From an uncultured delta proteobacterium (GTDB taxonomy: Bacteria; Desulfobacterota; Desulfuromonadia; Geobacterales; Geobacteraceae): a stretch of 64,000 bases of DNA. Positions within the stretch are counted from its first letter, which is position 1. The number at the start of each line of letters is the position of its first letter. A program made the position numbers and the translations under genes. Of this stretch, positions 1 through 9,800 are shown piece after piece. The stretch is from NCBI GenBank assembly GCA_963748325.1, contig CAVVIJ010000004.1:1983122-2047121 (forward strand), given 5' to 3'. The notes under the pieces are model-generated. The model made no database searches, was not told the DNA's origin, and was given only the letters and a program-made list of their open reading frames with translations.

Positions 1-1081
1 GTGCAGCGTTGAGGATAACCTGGTCGGCAGAGATGCCGTTCACACCGAACGGGTCGCCCAGCGTCAGCTTGTTCTGGGTCAGGGTGCCTGTCTTGTCCGA
101 GCAAAGCACATCCATACCAGCCAACTCCTCGATAGCCGCCAACCGGGTCACAATCGCCTCTTTTTTGGCCAGCAGGCGTGCGCCTACCGCCATGGTCACG
201 GACAGCACCGTCGGCATCGCCACGGGAATAGCCGCCACGGTCAACACCAATACGAACTGGAGCGTGGTAAGCATCGGGTCGCCACGGAAGAGTGCCACGG
301 CCAGAATCAGCACCACCAGGGCAATTGCGAGAACAATCAGGTAATTGCCGATCTTCAACACCGCACGTTGAAAGTGGCTGACGGTGTGCGCCTCCTGCAC
401 CAGTTGCGCCGTCTTGCCAAAAAAGGTTTTTGCACCCGTAGCATAGACCAGCGCTTCAATTTCGCCCTGGCGAATGATCGATCCGGAAAACACCGCCTCG
501 CCCGGTTTTCGCGTGACAGGCAGCGATTCTCCCGTCAGCGCTGCCTGATCCACTTCTATCGGGTCACCCGCCAGCAAGCGTGCATCCGCAGGCACAATGT
601 CGCCCAGACGAACACGGATCACGTCACCCGGCACCAACTCACAAGCCGCCGGAGTGGTCCAATGACCATCACGTTTCACCCGGGCCTTGATCGCCAGCCT
701 GCCCTTCAGGGCAGCGATGGCATTACCCGCCTGGTGTTCTTCCCAAAATCCGACCACAGCGTTGGCCAGCAGCAGCAGGAGGATGATGGCAAAATCCGGC
801 CAATGCCGGGCAATCGCTGAAAGGATCACGGCCACTTCGATCATCCACGGGATTGGACCCCAGAAATAGGTGAGGAATTTCAGGAACGGATTGACTTTCT
901 TTTCTTCAATCTCGTTTGGGCCATAGTGGGCCAACCGTTTCTGCGCCTCGGCTTGGCTGAGGCCGTCCGGCGACGACTCCAATTTTTTTTCCACGTCCTG
1001 CAGGGGCATGGATTTCAAGTCGTCCTTCGTATCAGGTTCCGTTTCGGAAACCTTGGACTGGTCGGCATTGAGTTCCATCAT
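1..1081 (-). CDS. P-type cation ATPase, N-terminal ~360 codons (3' part lies beyond window start); N-terminus looks plasma-membrane H+-ATPase-like (P3A)
   Basis: Reverse-complement reading from ATG at 1081 (AGGAGA 6 nt upstream) gives MMELNADQSK..GPNEIEEKKVNPFLKFL..TGESLPV..DVLCSDKTGTLTQNKL. The DKTGT motif is antisense to listed ORF 9..344 (..VPVLSEQ..). It is absent from the ORF track because it is open at the window edge. Confidence 0.85.
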   Translation of the reverse strand, partial: MMELNADQSKVSETEPDTKDDLKSMPLQDVEKKLESSPDGLSQAEAQKRLAHYGPNEIEEKKVNPFLKFLTYFWGPIPWMIEVAVILSAIARHWPDFAIILLLLLANAVVGFWEEHQAGNAIAALKGRLAIKARVKRDGHWTTPAACELVPGDVIRVRLGDIVPADARLLAGDPIEVDQAALTGESLPVTRKPGEAVFSGSIIRQGEIEALVYATGAKTFFGKTAQLVQEAHTVSHFQRAVLKIGNYLIVLAIALVVLILAVALFRGDPMLTTLQFVLVLTVAAIPVAMPTVLSVTMAVGARLLAKKEAIVTRLAAIEELAGMDVLCSDKTGTLTQNKLTLGDPFGVNGISADQVILNAA

Positions 1082-1427
1082 AGGTATTCTCCTGATGTTG
1101 CTTAATGGTATCGAGACTTGCGGGATACTTAGAGATACTCGCATATGGCGCTGCCCGTGTCCACTCCGGGAGTTTCGGCCCAACCGGAGGCAGATCAGTC
1201 AAACCTGCACAGTCTTTCTCTGACTATATTCAGTCTTTTCGTAACAATAAAACCATGCCGATCAATCGCAATGCCATTGGCTGCCATCCTTTCCAGTTCC
1301 GGTTTTGCCGCATTCTCACATTACAGTATACAAAGGACTGTGCGATTGTCCTTACCTCGAGGCAAAACCAGGAGGACGAATAACGCATAAAGACACGTCA
1401 GAATCTGACGCTGTACATGAACAACAA

Positions 1428-1438
1428 GGGGGGGGGGG
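1428..1438. repeat. G11 homopolymer tract
   Basis: Read directly: acaacaa-GGGGGGGGGGG-caaac. It lies at the left break of the IstB remnant, ~350 bp upstream of the ATPase start codon. Confidence 0.9.
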
Positions 1439-1440
1439 CA

Positions 1441-1692
1441 AACTTGCGGGAGGCCTTATCTGACAGAATTTTGTGATACTGGATGCACCTGGTAACCTAC
1501 CGCTCTCAAAGAACGGTGGGTTACCTCTCTTCCATCTGATCTCGGAGCTTTACGAGAGAACATCGGCTTATCATCACGACCAACCTGACAATCAGTGAAT
1601 GGCCACAGGTCTGAAACGACAGTACGATGACAACTGCCCTTTTCGTCGGTGACCTCATTTCATATGTCTACACGGTCAACCGGCATACACAA
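1441..1692 (+). pseudogene. istB: IS21-family IstB helper ATPase remnant (C-terminal part, frameshifted, no istA)
   Basis: Frame from 1473 reads VILDAPGNLPLSKNGGLPLFHLISELYERTS. After a shift it reads LIITTNLTISEWPQV(stop)NDSTMTTAL. This resembles the IstB pattern ..DELGY.P......LF.LIS.RYE..S.IITSN..F.EW. It has stops and a frameshift, and the N-terminal half is missing. Confidence 0.6.
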
Positions 1693-1831
1693 TGACCACA
1701 TTAACCCGCAGCACCGAAAATACTTTCCTCTCTGCAGCAAGCCTATCAACAGAACGCCACACTTGCTGGGTACGCAGAATTAGAAACCATTGCTCGGACG
1801 AATCACGTATTGTGATCACTTGCTTCGAGGA

Positions 1832-2299
1832 TCAGAAATTCTTCTTAACCAGGAAAATCGAGCAGGGCATTTTGCGAATGAGATCATCATTGCTTCGCCC
1901 GAACATCAAATGCTCCATACGCGACTCCATATGCTCCAGCAACGACTCTTCATGGGCCGTCAAGATAAGGAGGTCGATCTTGTTCTCATCGATTGCCTCC
2001 AGAATTTCTTTTGTCGGATGCCCTTCCCTGATCAACTCATGAACCTTTAAACCTTCTGCCTTCTCACGAGCAATGACTGTATCCAGATCCAGTTTTGCCT
2101 CGTCAACAATTTTTTCGTACTCTTTTTTTAGTGAAAGCATCGGCAAATTCCAGCCTTCAAGACCGAAAGGGTTATGAATCACGTGAATCAGGAATAGCTC
2201 CGCGTTGTATTTTCGGGACAGTGACACCCCGTAATGAAAAGCTTTCTGACAATTTCTTACTATCCCGCTCACAACAAGTATTCGATTAACATCTTGCAT
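1832..2299 (-). CDS. universal stress protein (UspA family)
   Basis: 155-aa ORF: MQDVNRILVVSG..LFLIHVIHNP..DLLILTAHEE..MFGRSNDDLIRKMPCSIFLVKK. AGGAGG lies upstream of the ATG. Confidence 0.85.
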   Translation of the reverse strand: MQDVNRILVVSGIVRNCQKAFHYGVSLSRKYNAELFLIHVIHNPFGLEGWNLPMLSLKKEYEKIVDEAKLDLDTVIAREKAEGLKVHELIREGHPTKEILEAIDENKIDLLILTAHEESLLEHMESRMEHLMFGRSNDDLIRKMPCSIFLVKKNF

Positions 2300-2406
2300 G
2301 AAAGGCCTCCTGTCACCTTATCGTAAATTAGTTATTTCACACACTTCTTAAAGCTGATTGTGCCATCAGCTAAACTGATAGAGCCCAGGTTATGGCAACA
2401 TCCCTA

Positions 2407-2565
2407 GTGTCCCGTGCGGTTAGTTAGCAGCAGTAATTCCGTGGAATTTTGGTCTCTGGCAAGGCGAGGCAACGCAGGCATAGCGGGGCTCTGTCGAGGA
2501 GCCACAACCTAGCCAGAGGGCAAAAGAACCGGAATTTCAAGGATTGAATTAACCGCACGGGACAC
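2407..2565. mobile_element. MITE-like element, copy 1 (159 bp, terminal inverted repeats GTGTCCCGTGCGGTTA.., flanked by TA/TA)
   Basis: Near-identical to 48481..48635. The ends are gtgtcccgtgcggttagtt...aattaaccgcacgggacac. TA sits at 2405-2406 and at 2566-2567. Internal nested inverted repeats (ctctggc...gccagag) are present and there is no ORF. Confidence 0.8.
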
Positions 2566-3698
2566 TAGTGTCTCATGGGAGCTTCGTTGCGTTTCTGCTC
2601 CAGGGTATTCAACAGGCTATCGTATGGCCTAACGAATTTGACCACTCCTTCATCTTCGAGCTGTTGTGTCGCAGCATCCAGGTCAATCCCTGCCTCAGCC
2701 AGATTCTTCAGACAACTATAGGCCTTTTCCAGCCCATTTTCCAGTCGAGAAAGCGGGTTTCCGTGATCCCGGTAGGCATCGAGTGTTTCCAGCGGCAGGG
2801 TGTTCACCGTTTCCGGCCCGATCAGGGCCTCCACATATTTCACATCGCTGTAAGCGGGATTCTTGGTACTGGTGCTTGCCCAGAGAACCCGTTGAGGGCG
2901 GGCACCAAGGGCGGCGAGACGTTGAAAGCGTTCACAGGAAAAGATCTCTTTCCACATTTGATAGGCAATCTTGGCACTGGCAATGGCCACCTCACCTCGG
3001 AGCGAACCGGCAAGTTCCGAACCGGGCCCTCCTTCTGCCGGCTTTTTATCCAGCAGCGGATCAATCAGAACGTCTATGCGGCTCAGAAAGAAACTGGCCA
3101 CAGACGCCACCGTTTTCAACGGCCGCTTCAGGGCAGCGGCATCCTCAAGTCCGGCCAGGTAGGCTTCGGCCACCTCCCGGTAGCGGGGCAGACCGAAGAG
3201 CAGCGTCACATTTACATTGACCCCCTCGCTGATCAGCTGACGGATGGCGGGAAGCCCTTCCCTGGTGGCGGGAACCTTGATCATCACGTTCGGCCGAGCC
3301 ACCTTGGCCCAAAGCGTGCGGGCCTCCAGGAGGGTGCCGTTGGTATCATGGGCCAATCGCGGTGAAACCTCCAGGCTGACGTAACCATCCTTTCCATCCA
3401 TCCGGTCATAGGTCGGGCGAAAAAGGTCAGCAGTGGTGCGAATGTCCTCCACCGTCAGCTTCTCGTATATTTCCTCGGCACTTTTGCCGGCAGCTGCCAG
3501 GGTGAGGATTTCGTCGTCGTAGTCACCTGTTTCAGCTATGGCTTTTTCGAAGATGGCCGGATTGGAAGTTATCCCGCGAAGCCCATCCCCTTCAATCAAA
3601 CGTGCCATCTCTCCCGAAACAAGCATGCCGCGACGGATGAAATCGAGCCAGATGCTCTGGCCGAAAGTTGCGAGCTTCAGTAGCGGATTTTCATTCAT
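2565..3698 (-). CDS. tal: transaldolase
   Basis: 377-aa ORF starting MNENPLLKLATFGQSIWLDFIRRG..GITSNPAIFEKAI..MIKVPAT. Its stop TAG (2565-2567) overlaps the MITE end/TA duplication. Confidence 0.9.
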   Translation of the reverse strand: MNENPLLKLATFGQSIWLDFIRRGMLVSGEMARLIEGDGLRGITSNPAIFEKAIAETGDYDDEILTLAAAGKSAEEIYEKLTVEDIRTTADLFRPTYDRMDGKDGYVSLEVSPRLAHDTNGTLLEARTLWAKVARPNVMIKVPATREGLPAIRQLISEGVNVNVTLLFGLPRYREVAEAYLAGLEDAAALKRPLKTVASVASFFLSRIDVLIDPLLDKKPAEGGPGSELAGSLRGEVAIASAKIAYQMWKEIFSCERFQRLAALGARPQRVLWASTSTKNPAYSDVKYVEALIGPETVNTLPLETLDAYRDHGNPLSRLENGLEKAYSCLKNLAEAGIDLDAATQQLEDEGVVKFVRPYDSLLNTLEQKRNEAPMRH

Positions 3699-4153
3699 GG
3701 CAACGCCTCCTTATGTTCCAGGGCCGCCACCTTTGCCAGCCGGCGGCGATGTCGCTCTGCCCCGCTGAAACTGGCGGCCAGGAATGTACTGACCAACTCC
3801 CAGGCCTGGGCATAGCCGACCACCAGGCTCCCGAGGCAGATGATATTCATATCGTCGTGCTCCACCCCCTGATGCGCGGAATAATCGTCGTGAATCAAGG
3901 CGGCACGCACTCCGGAAACTTTATTGGCGGCAATGGACGCACCCACTCCGCTCGAACAGAAAGCAATACCTCGATCCACCTGCCCGGCAGCCACCGCCTG
4001 CGACAAGGGGATGACAAAATCGGGATAATCATCATCGGGATTGAGCACTTCGGCACCGAAGTCCTGGACCTCGTACCCTGCAACCACAAGATCGGCTGCC
4101 ACCCGCTCTTTCATGGTAAATCCGCCGTGATCGGCGGCAATGCCAATTCGCAT
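3695..4153 (-). CDS. rpiB: ribose-5-phosphate isomerase B
   Basis: Internal start MRIGIAADHGGFTMKERV preceded by AAAGGAG. It is 152 aa, and its stop overlaps the tal start (ATGA). The longer listed ORF (to 4246) has no RBS. Confidence 0.85.
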   Translation of the reverse strand: MRIGIAADHGGFTMKERVAADLVVAGYEVQDFGAEVLNPDDDYPDFVIPLSQAVAAGQVDRGIAFCSSGVGASIAANKVSGVRAALIHDDYSAHQGVEHDDMNIICLGSLVVGYAQAWELVSTFLAASFSGAERHRRRLAKVAALEHKEALP

Positions 4154-4214
4154 GACCGTCACTCCTTTCATCCTCCAGACAGCATCACTTTTGGAACGAG
4201 GAACCCACCGACTG

Positions 4215-5045
4215 TCACTCCTTGCGCAGGCGATCCCTGCAGACATAGCCCAGAGCAGAAAACCCTTCTTTCAGATCCTGGAGCGCTGCAGCGATGAGCG
4301 CCTGGAGGGAAATCCGATCTTCTCCCACCGCGGTCAGGGTGATATCCAACTCAGGCGTCTCACCAGGCATGGTGGCAAGAGACTTGATATATACCTGGGG
4401 ATGAGCAGGGACAACCCTGGTGAGAACCGGTTCCAGCACCGATTCGTCATTACAACAAACGGTAATGGTGTGCATCACGGAAATGCCGCCCCTGAAACTT
4501 TCTTGCAGAAACGGCTGCAGGGAACTGTTAAATATGCCCTTCAGTTCCTTCGGAATGCCTGGCAGACTTATGAACACCGATTGTCCGGTATCAAGCAGCG
4601 AACAGGGGGCCGTACCGACAGGATTGTAAAGCGGGATGGAGCCAACCGGCAGCCAGGCCATTTTCTCCCTTGACGGGGTCAGACCTCCTTGGGCCAGAAT
4701 CCCTTTTTCATACAAGACGTCATAGCTCTCTTTGATCATCTGCTGTGCCTTGCCATTCAGTTGCAGTTCTTTACCAGCGCATTTGGCAATCGCGGCAAGG
4801 GTCAGATCATCCGCGGTTGGCCCGAGCCCCCCGGAGGTAAAAATGATCTTTATACCACGATTCATCGCAGCAAGCAATTCCGCGGCAATGCAATCGAGAT
4901 CATCACGGAGGACAGTCGCGCGCGATATATGCCCTCCCATTCCGGTAATTTCCTTGCATAACCAGTGAGTATTCGTGTCTTGAATTTCACCATTGAGAAT
5001 TTCATTGCCAATAATAAATATTTCTACGGCTACCGATTCTTTCAC
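4215..5045 (-). CDS. CinA-like molybdopterin-binding (MoCF_BD) domain protein
   Basis: GTG start at 5045 with AAGGAG 6 nt upstream. The sequence reads VKESVAVEIFIIGNEILNG..IIFTSGGLGPTADDLT. Confidence 0.7.
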   Translation of the reverse strand: MKESVAVEIFIIGNEILNGEIQDTNTHWLCKEITGMGGHISRATVLRDDLDCIAAELLAAMNRGIKIIFTSGGLGPTADDLTLAAIAKCAGKELQLNGKAQQMIKESYDVLYEKGILAQGGLTPSREKMAWLPVGSIPLYNPVGTAPCSLLDTGQSVFISLPGIPKELKGIFNSSLQPFLQESFRGGISVMHTITVCCNDESVLEPVLTRVVPAHPQVYIKSLATMPGETPELDITLTAVGEDRISLQALIAAALQDLKEGFSALGYVCRDRLRKE

Positions 5046-5304
5046 TATGATCTCCTTTACTGGCGTAATGTCTGGTTGCCAGCAACTATCGCTGACCCCC
5101 ACAGCTGAACTCCTTCCCTGGGCCGTCGGATCCGGAATATTTTGCAAGAGATACAACCAGGAATCTTTTCATCGCTCTATTTTCAAGCATAGCATGCTAT
5201 TTGGGGAAAGTTAGGCATGCCAGCACAAAAAGTGGCCCTCATGTGGGAAATTGACTATGATTTTGGTGGGAGTGCTTCGGAATGATGCAGGGGTCTTTCC
5301 AAAC

Positions 5305-5340
5305 AAAAAAAAAGCCCCGGTTTTAACCGGGGCTTTTTTT
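5305..5340. terminator. bidirectional intrinsic terminator downstream of the csp gene
   Basis: A9-GCCCCGG-ttttaa-CCGGGGC-T7 hairpin, 22 bp from the csp stop. Confidence 0.8.
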
Positions 5341-5361
5341 ACATTCGACAAAGAACGCAGC

Positions 5362-5562
5362 TTAGATTCTTCTTACGTTCGCGGCCTGTAGCCCTTTCGG
5401 ACCCTTAGTTACTTCAAATTCAACTCTATCGCCTTCAGCAAGGGATTTAAACCCGTCGCCTGCAATCGCGGAGAAATGACAAAATACGTCTTCACCATTT
5501 TCCTGCTCCAGAAAACCAAAACCCTTGCTGTCATTAAACCATTTTACTGTTCCGTTTACCAT
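5362..5562 (-). CDS. cspA: cold-shock protein (CspA family)
   Basis: 66 aa: [33 protein letters not shown] (RNP1/RNP2 motifs). Confidence 0.95.
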   Translation of the reverse strand: MVNGTVKWFNDSKGFGFLEQENGEDVFCHFSAIAGDGFKSLAEGDRVEFEVTKGPKGLQAANVRRI

Positions 5563-5774
5563 GTTGATACTTTCTCCTGATACTTCTTGTTAGTTGTAAC
5601 CGATATAATTACCGGATGACCCACTCTAACAGCTTTACTCGATGGAATGCAAGCAATTAAATTCAATTTATTTTCACGGAGCTGTCGACATCCTCCATCC
5701 CACTGATTTCATAGAACTTTATTCTTCAACTATTTTGCACAAAGAATCCTGACACTCCTGACACTGCATAAAGC

Positions 5775-6281
5775 TCACGCTTCATCATTTTCATTCCAAA
5801 GCGGATTTTTCCGGTCATCAGGATGGAGTTTTTCACGTTCGTCCGGGCACACATGCCAAAAAGACTTGTCAATTGCCCCTTCAGCGTAGTCAATTTTGCG
5901 CTCATGGGCAAATGGGCACCACCAATTTTCCACTATTTTCACCAGATACGCGGCATAGCGGAATAATGCAACACTCAAGGGACAATAGAGTTTGCAGTTA
6001 AAGATCCAGAATAACCGATAGCGAGCCGGATGAAATCGCGAGATAGTAAGGGCCGGCTGATCTTTATTCAGGTAGCGGTGAGAAACCCAGGACGGCGTGA
6101 AATCCCAATATGACTTGATCTCCATGCCACCGACGAGTGTTAAGTGTGTTTTTACCAGAAAGACGCCAAGAGCGACAAAAGGTATCGTTGCCAAAATCGG
6201 CAGATAAATTAACGGAACTCCGAGGAATATTTTCCACAGAGGTTGAAGTACATAGTTGCACCCTATTCTGACTCTGGTCAT
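5775..6281 (-). CDS. hypothetical membrane protein with Cys/His-rich C-terminal tail
   Basis: 168-aa ORF with hydrophobic stretches (LGVPLIYLPILATIPFVALGVFLV). The tail reads WWCPFAHERK..FWHVCPDE. I recognise no family. Confidence 0.5.
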   Translation of the reverse strand: MTRVRIGCNYVLQPLWKIFLGVPLIYLPILATIPFVALGVFLVKTHLTLVGGMEIKSYWDFTPSWVSHRYLNKDQPALTISRFHPARYRLFWIFNCKLYCPLSVALFRYAAYLVKIVENWWCPFAHERKIDYAEGAIDKSFWHVCPDEREKLHPDDRKNPLWNENDEA

Positions 6282-6368
6282 TTTTCCCTTTTATTAAACT
6301 GGCAAGATTTTCTCCGACTTTGATAAGATATTTCCTGAGAAGGAATTTCCCTGACCAGAGTGTCACAT

Positions 6369-6629
6369 CTACACTTCCGCTTCCTTCAATTTCTTCACAC
6401 TTTTTCGGACTGCACGAACTTTTTTTACGACCGGAGCGTTTTCGGGAGGCGGCACATAGGCCGCCGGGTCAGCCGGCTGTAACGTAGTGTAATGGGAAGC
6501 CGCAATTTTCCTGACAATACCATCACTGAACTGGATCGTTGCTTTGCCGTCGGCGACAGCAACAACCATACCGGCGCCCCACTCAGTCATTCCACTGTGG
6601 CTTACTACAATTCCGCGTTTGAGATTCAT
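6369..6629 (-). CDS. small DUF3553-like protein
   Basis: Internal start MNLKRGIVVSHSGMTEWGAGMVVAVADGKATIQFSDG preceded by AAGGAG. The pattern resembles DUF3553 from memory. The upstream part of listed ORF 6369..6776 lacks an RBS. Confidence 0.55.
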   Translation of the reverse strand: MNLKRGIVVSHSGMTEWGAGMVVAVADGKATIQFSDGIVRKIAASHYTTLQPADPAAYVPPPENAPVVKKVRAVRKSVKKLKEAEV

Positions 6630-6896
6630 TTTTTCTCCTTTTTTGAAACGGACTATGATATCGGGCTCGACAGCTTGAACACAAAATCCAAAAGATTGAG
6701 CCCGACCGCCGTATCTAATGTAGTGCAAATACGGCATTTGCTGCCGCAGCGGACACTGAGAGCACCGAAAAATCAAAAGAGCTTCCCGAAAGTCGTTGAC
6801 CTAAACGGGCGCGTCTCCTTACGCCAAAAACATTGTACTTTTTCTCGGTGTCTTCTGTGGACGCTGTGGCTACTTGATTTTCCCAAGTCAACTACT

Positions 6897-9800
6897 TCAC
6901 AATGTTTGACCAGGTTCTCCCATTTGAACAAGGACTTGGTGTTTGACCAGACTCCGCTCCAGCGTTATGACCCCATCTGGAACTTTTCGCCCATCCATTT
7001 CCAGCCATGCCACTCCGCTTTCACACCCGTGCGGGTTTTCGACGCGAATTTCGTAAAGCGCATCACCGTGTCGATAGCTGAGGCTGAAGCCTTCCCAGGC
7101 CGCGGGTATAACCGGCCGTAACCGCAGCAACTCACTACGAATCTGCAAACCGAGGATTTCTTCTATCCAGGCCCGATACAGCCACGCCGCTGATCCGGTA
7201 TACCAGGACCATCCGCCTTGACCGATCCGTCCGGGCAACCGGTACACATCGGCAGCAATCACGTAAGGCTCAACCCCATACTTCCAGGTCGATTCCGAAT
7301 CCCGGGCGTGCTCAACAGGATTCAGCATACGCAGCATTTTCACCGCCCGCTCCCCGTCACCCTTTCGGGCCATGGCCATGGCCATCCAGATGGCGGCGTG
7401 GGTGTACTGGCCACCATTCTCCCGCACCCCGGGAGGGTAGCCCTTGATGTAACCGGGAGAGGGAACGGTTTTGTCGAAAGGAGGCTCGAAGAGAAGCACC
7501 AGGCCCTCATCCTCAAGGACGAGATGACGCCAGGCCGATTCCAGGGCCTTTTCCGCGCGCTCCGGATCGGCGGCGCCGGAGAGCCAGGCCCACGATTGTG
7601 GCAGGGAGTCGATTTTCGCCTCCACATTTGCCGAGGAGCCAAGGGGGCTGCCGTCATCGAAGGTACCCCGCAGATACCACTCACCGTCCCAACCGGCCTC
7701 TTCGACCCGCCGGGCCAAAGCACTTCTCTCATCCTGATAGCTGCGACTCAGTTCCGGTTGGTGCAAAAGGTCGGACAATTCAACCATTCCCTGCAGCAGA
7801 TCACAGAGGAACCAGGCGAGCCACACGCTCTCCCCTTTCCCACCGGCACCCACCAGGTTCAGCCCGTCGTTCCAGTCGCCTGTTCCGATCAAGGGCAATC
7901 CGTGAGGCCCGGAAGTCAGGCCGCGGCTTACCGCTCTTCGACAATGCTCGAACAAGGTGGCACGCTCGCAGGAAACCTCCGGCGTGGAAAATACTTCGTG
8001 CTGGTCAACTGCCAGGGGCGGCGCGGTGAGGAAAGGAATGTTTTCTTCCAGGATGCCGGAATCGCCGGTCACCCGTACGTAGTGGACAACAACATGGGGA
8101 AGCCACAGAAGGTCATCGGTAATGCGCGAGCGGATTCCTGCCCCTGAAGGTTCGTGCCACCAATGCTGGACATCCCCTTCTTTGAACTGACGGCTCGCCG
8201 CCAGCAGGATCTGCTTGCGTGCCAGGTCGGGACGTGTAGAGAGAAAGGCCATGACATCCTGCAGTTGATCGCGAAAGCCGAATGCGCCACCGGATTGGTA
8301 CAGGCCCGAACGTCCCCAGATCCGGCAGCTCAGGCTCTGGTACTGAAGCCATCGATTGAGCAGGAGGTCCGCGGAAGGTTCGGGAGTCTGCACTTCAATT
8401 GTCCCCAGCAGGTCATCCCACCAGGCTTTGGTCCGCTCAAGCGCCGTCACCGTTGCCTGATTCTCCCGGTAGGCGATAATCAGGTCGCGAGCCTGCTCCA
8501 ACGACGCTGCCTGACCCAGCAAACAGGTGACATCACCCGACTCGCCGGGAGCCAGCTGAAGGGTGGCCCGAAGTGCCGCGCACGGATCCAGACCGGCCCC
8601 GGTTCGACGTGACAAGCGGACCTGCTCCATCGCCGCCGGGCTTGCTAGCGAACGATTGCGGCCGATAAAGGAGGTACGGTCGCCGCCATAGGAATCGACT
8701 GGCTGATTCATGGCTACAAAGGTAATCCGCTCTCCGTACTCGGGGTGGTAGCGGTTCCAGGCGAACAAGGCCTGGGCTTCGTCATCCCAGTGGGTAATGA
8801 CATGCATCTGGGAGGACTCACGGTGCTCTCCCAGGGTCAACTCGACATAGTAGGTAACCGTGAGCGTACGTTGCCGGGCGGTGTCATTCCTCAAACGCAG
8901 CATCTGCAGTTTGACCGGGTCCCCACCGTTCTCATTCACCGGAACGAAAACCGTCAGTTTCTGTTCGATGCCGTGGCTATTGTGCTCGAAAACAGAATAT
9001 CCCGCTCCGTGGCGAGCCCGGTAGGCGGAGTCCTCGCGGATCGGCGCCGCGGTCGGCGTCCAGCCGGTGCCACTTTCCTCGTCGCGGATGTACAGCGCTT
9101 CGGCTGATGGATCAACCACCGGATCATTGGACCATTGGGTCAGACGATTACGCTGGCTGTTTCCATACCAGGTAAAGCCGGACCCTGTTTCCGTTACCAG
9201 CGTTCCGAAGTGAGGATTGGCAATGACATTTGCCCAAGGCGCCGGCGTGTGGGTATCAGGGCCAAGATAGATGGCGTATTCACGACCGTCCGGGGTAAAA
9301 CCACCCAAACTGTTGAAATAGCTCAGTTCCATAAAGGGCAGCGGAGCTGAAGGGTCACGGAAAGCTCGTCTTGCGACCAGGGCTTCGGGAAAATCGGGAA
9401 GTTCCACGGGCATGCCCAATTGCTGGGGCAGCGTGCCGCGTGCCGCCACCAACACGATGCTGGCGGAGGACTTGAGCAGCCGTAGATCTTCCTCCGGCAG
9501 CTGCGCTGCGCAGCGCAGGAATATCCCGCCCGGCCGCTCGGTCCCTGCATACTGGGAGCGCGACCTGACCAGAATTTCGAGTCGCTCACGCAACGGCTGT
9601 TCATAGCCGCCCGTCTCCTCATCGAGGATCACCAAATCGACCGTCAATCCGTGCAGCCGCCAATAGGTGTGCGCCTGAAGCATCTGACTGACGAGAGCAA
9701 TATCCCGTGTTTCTTTGATCGTTACCATGGCGATCGGCACATCGCCCGAAATTCCATAGGGCCATAATCCCGCCTGACCTTTGCGGTTCTCTGCCAGGCG

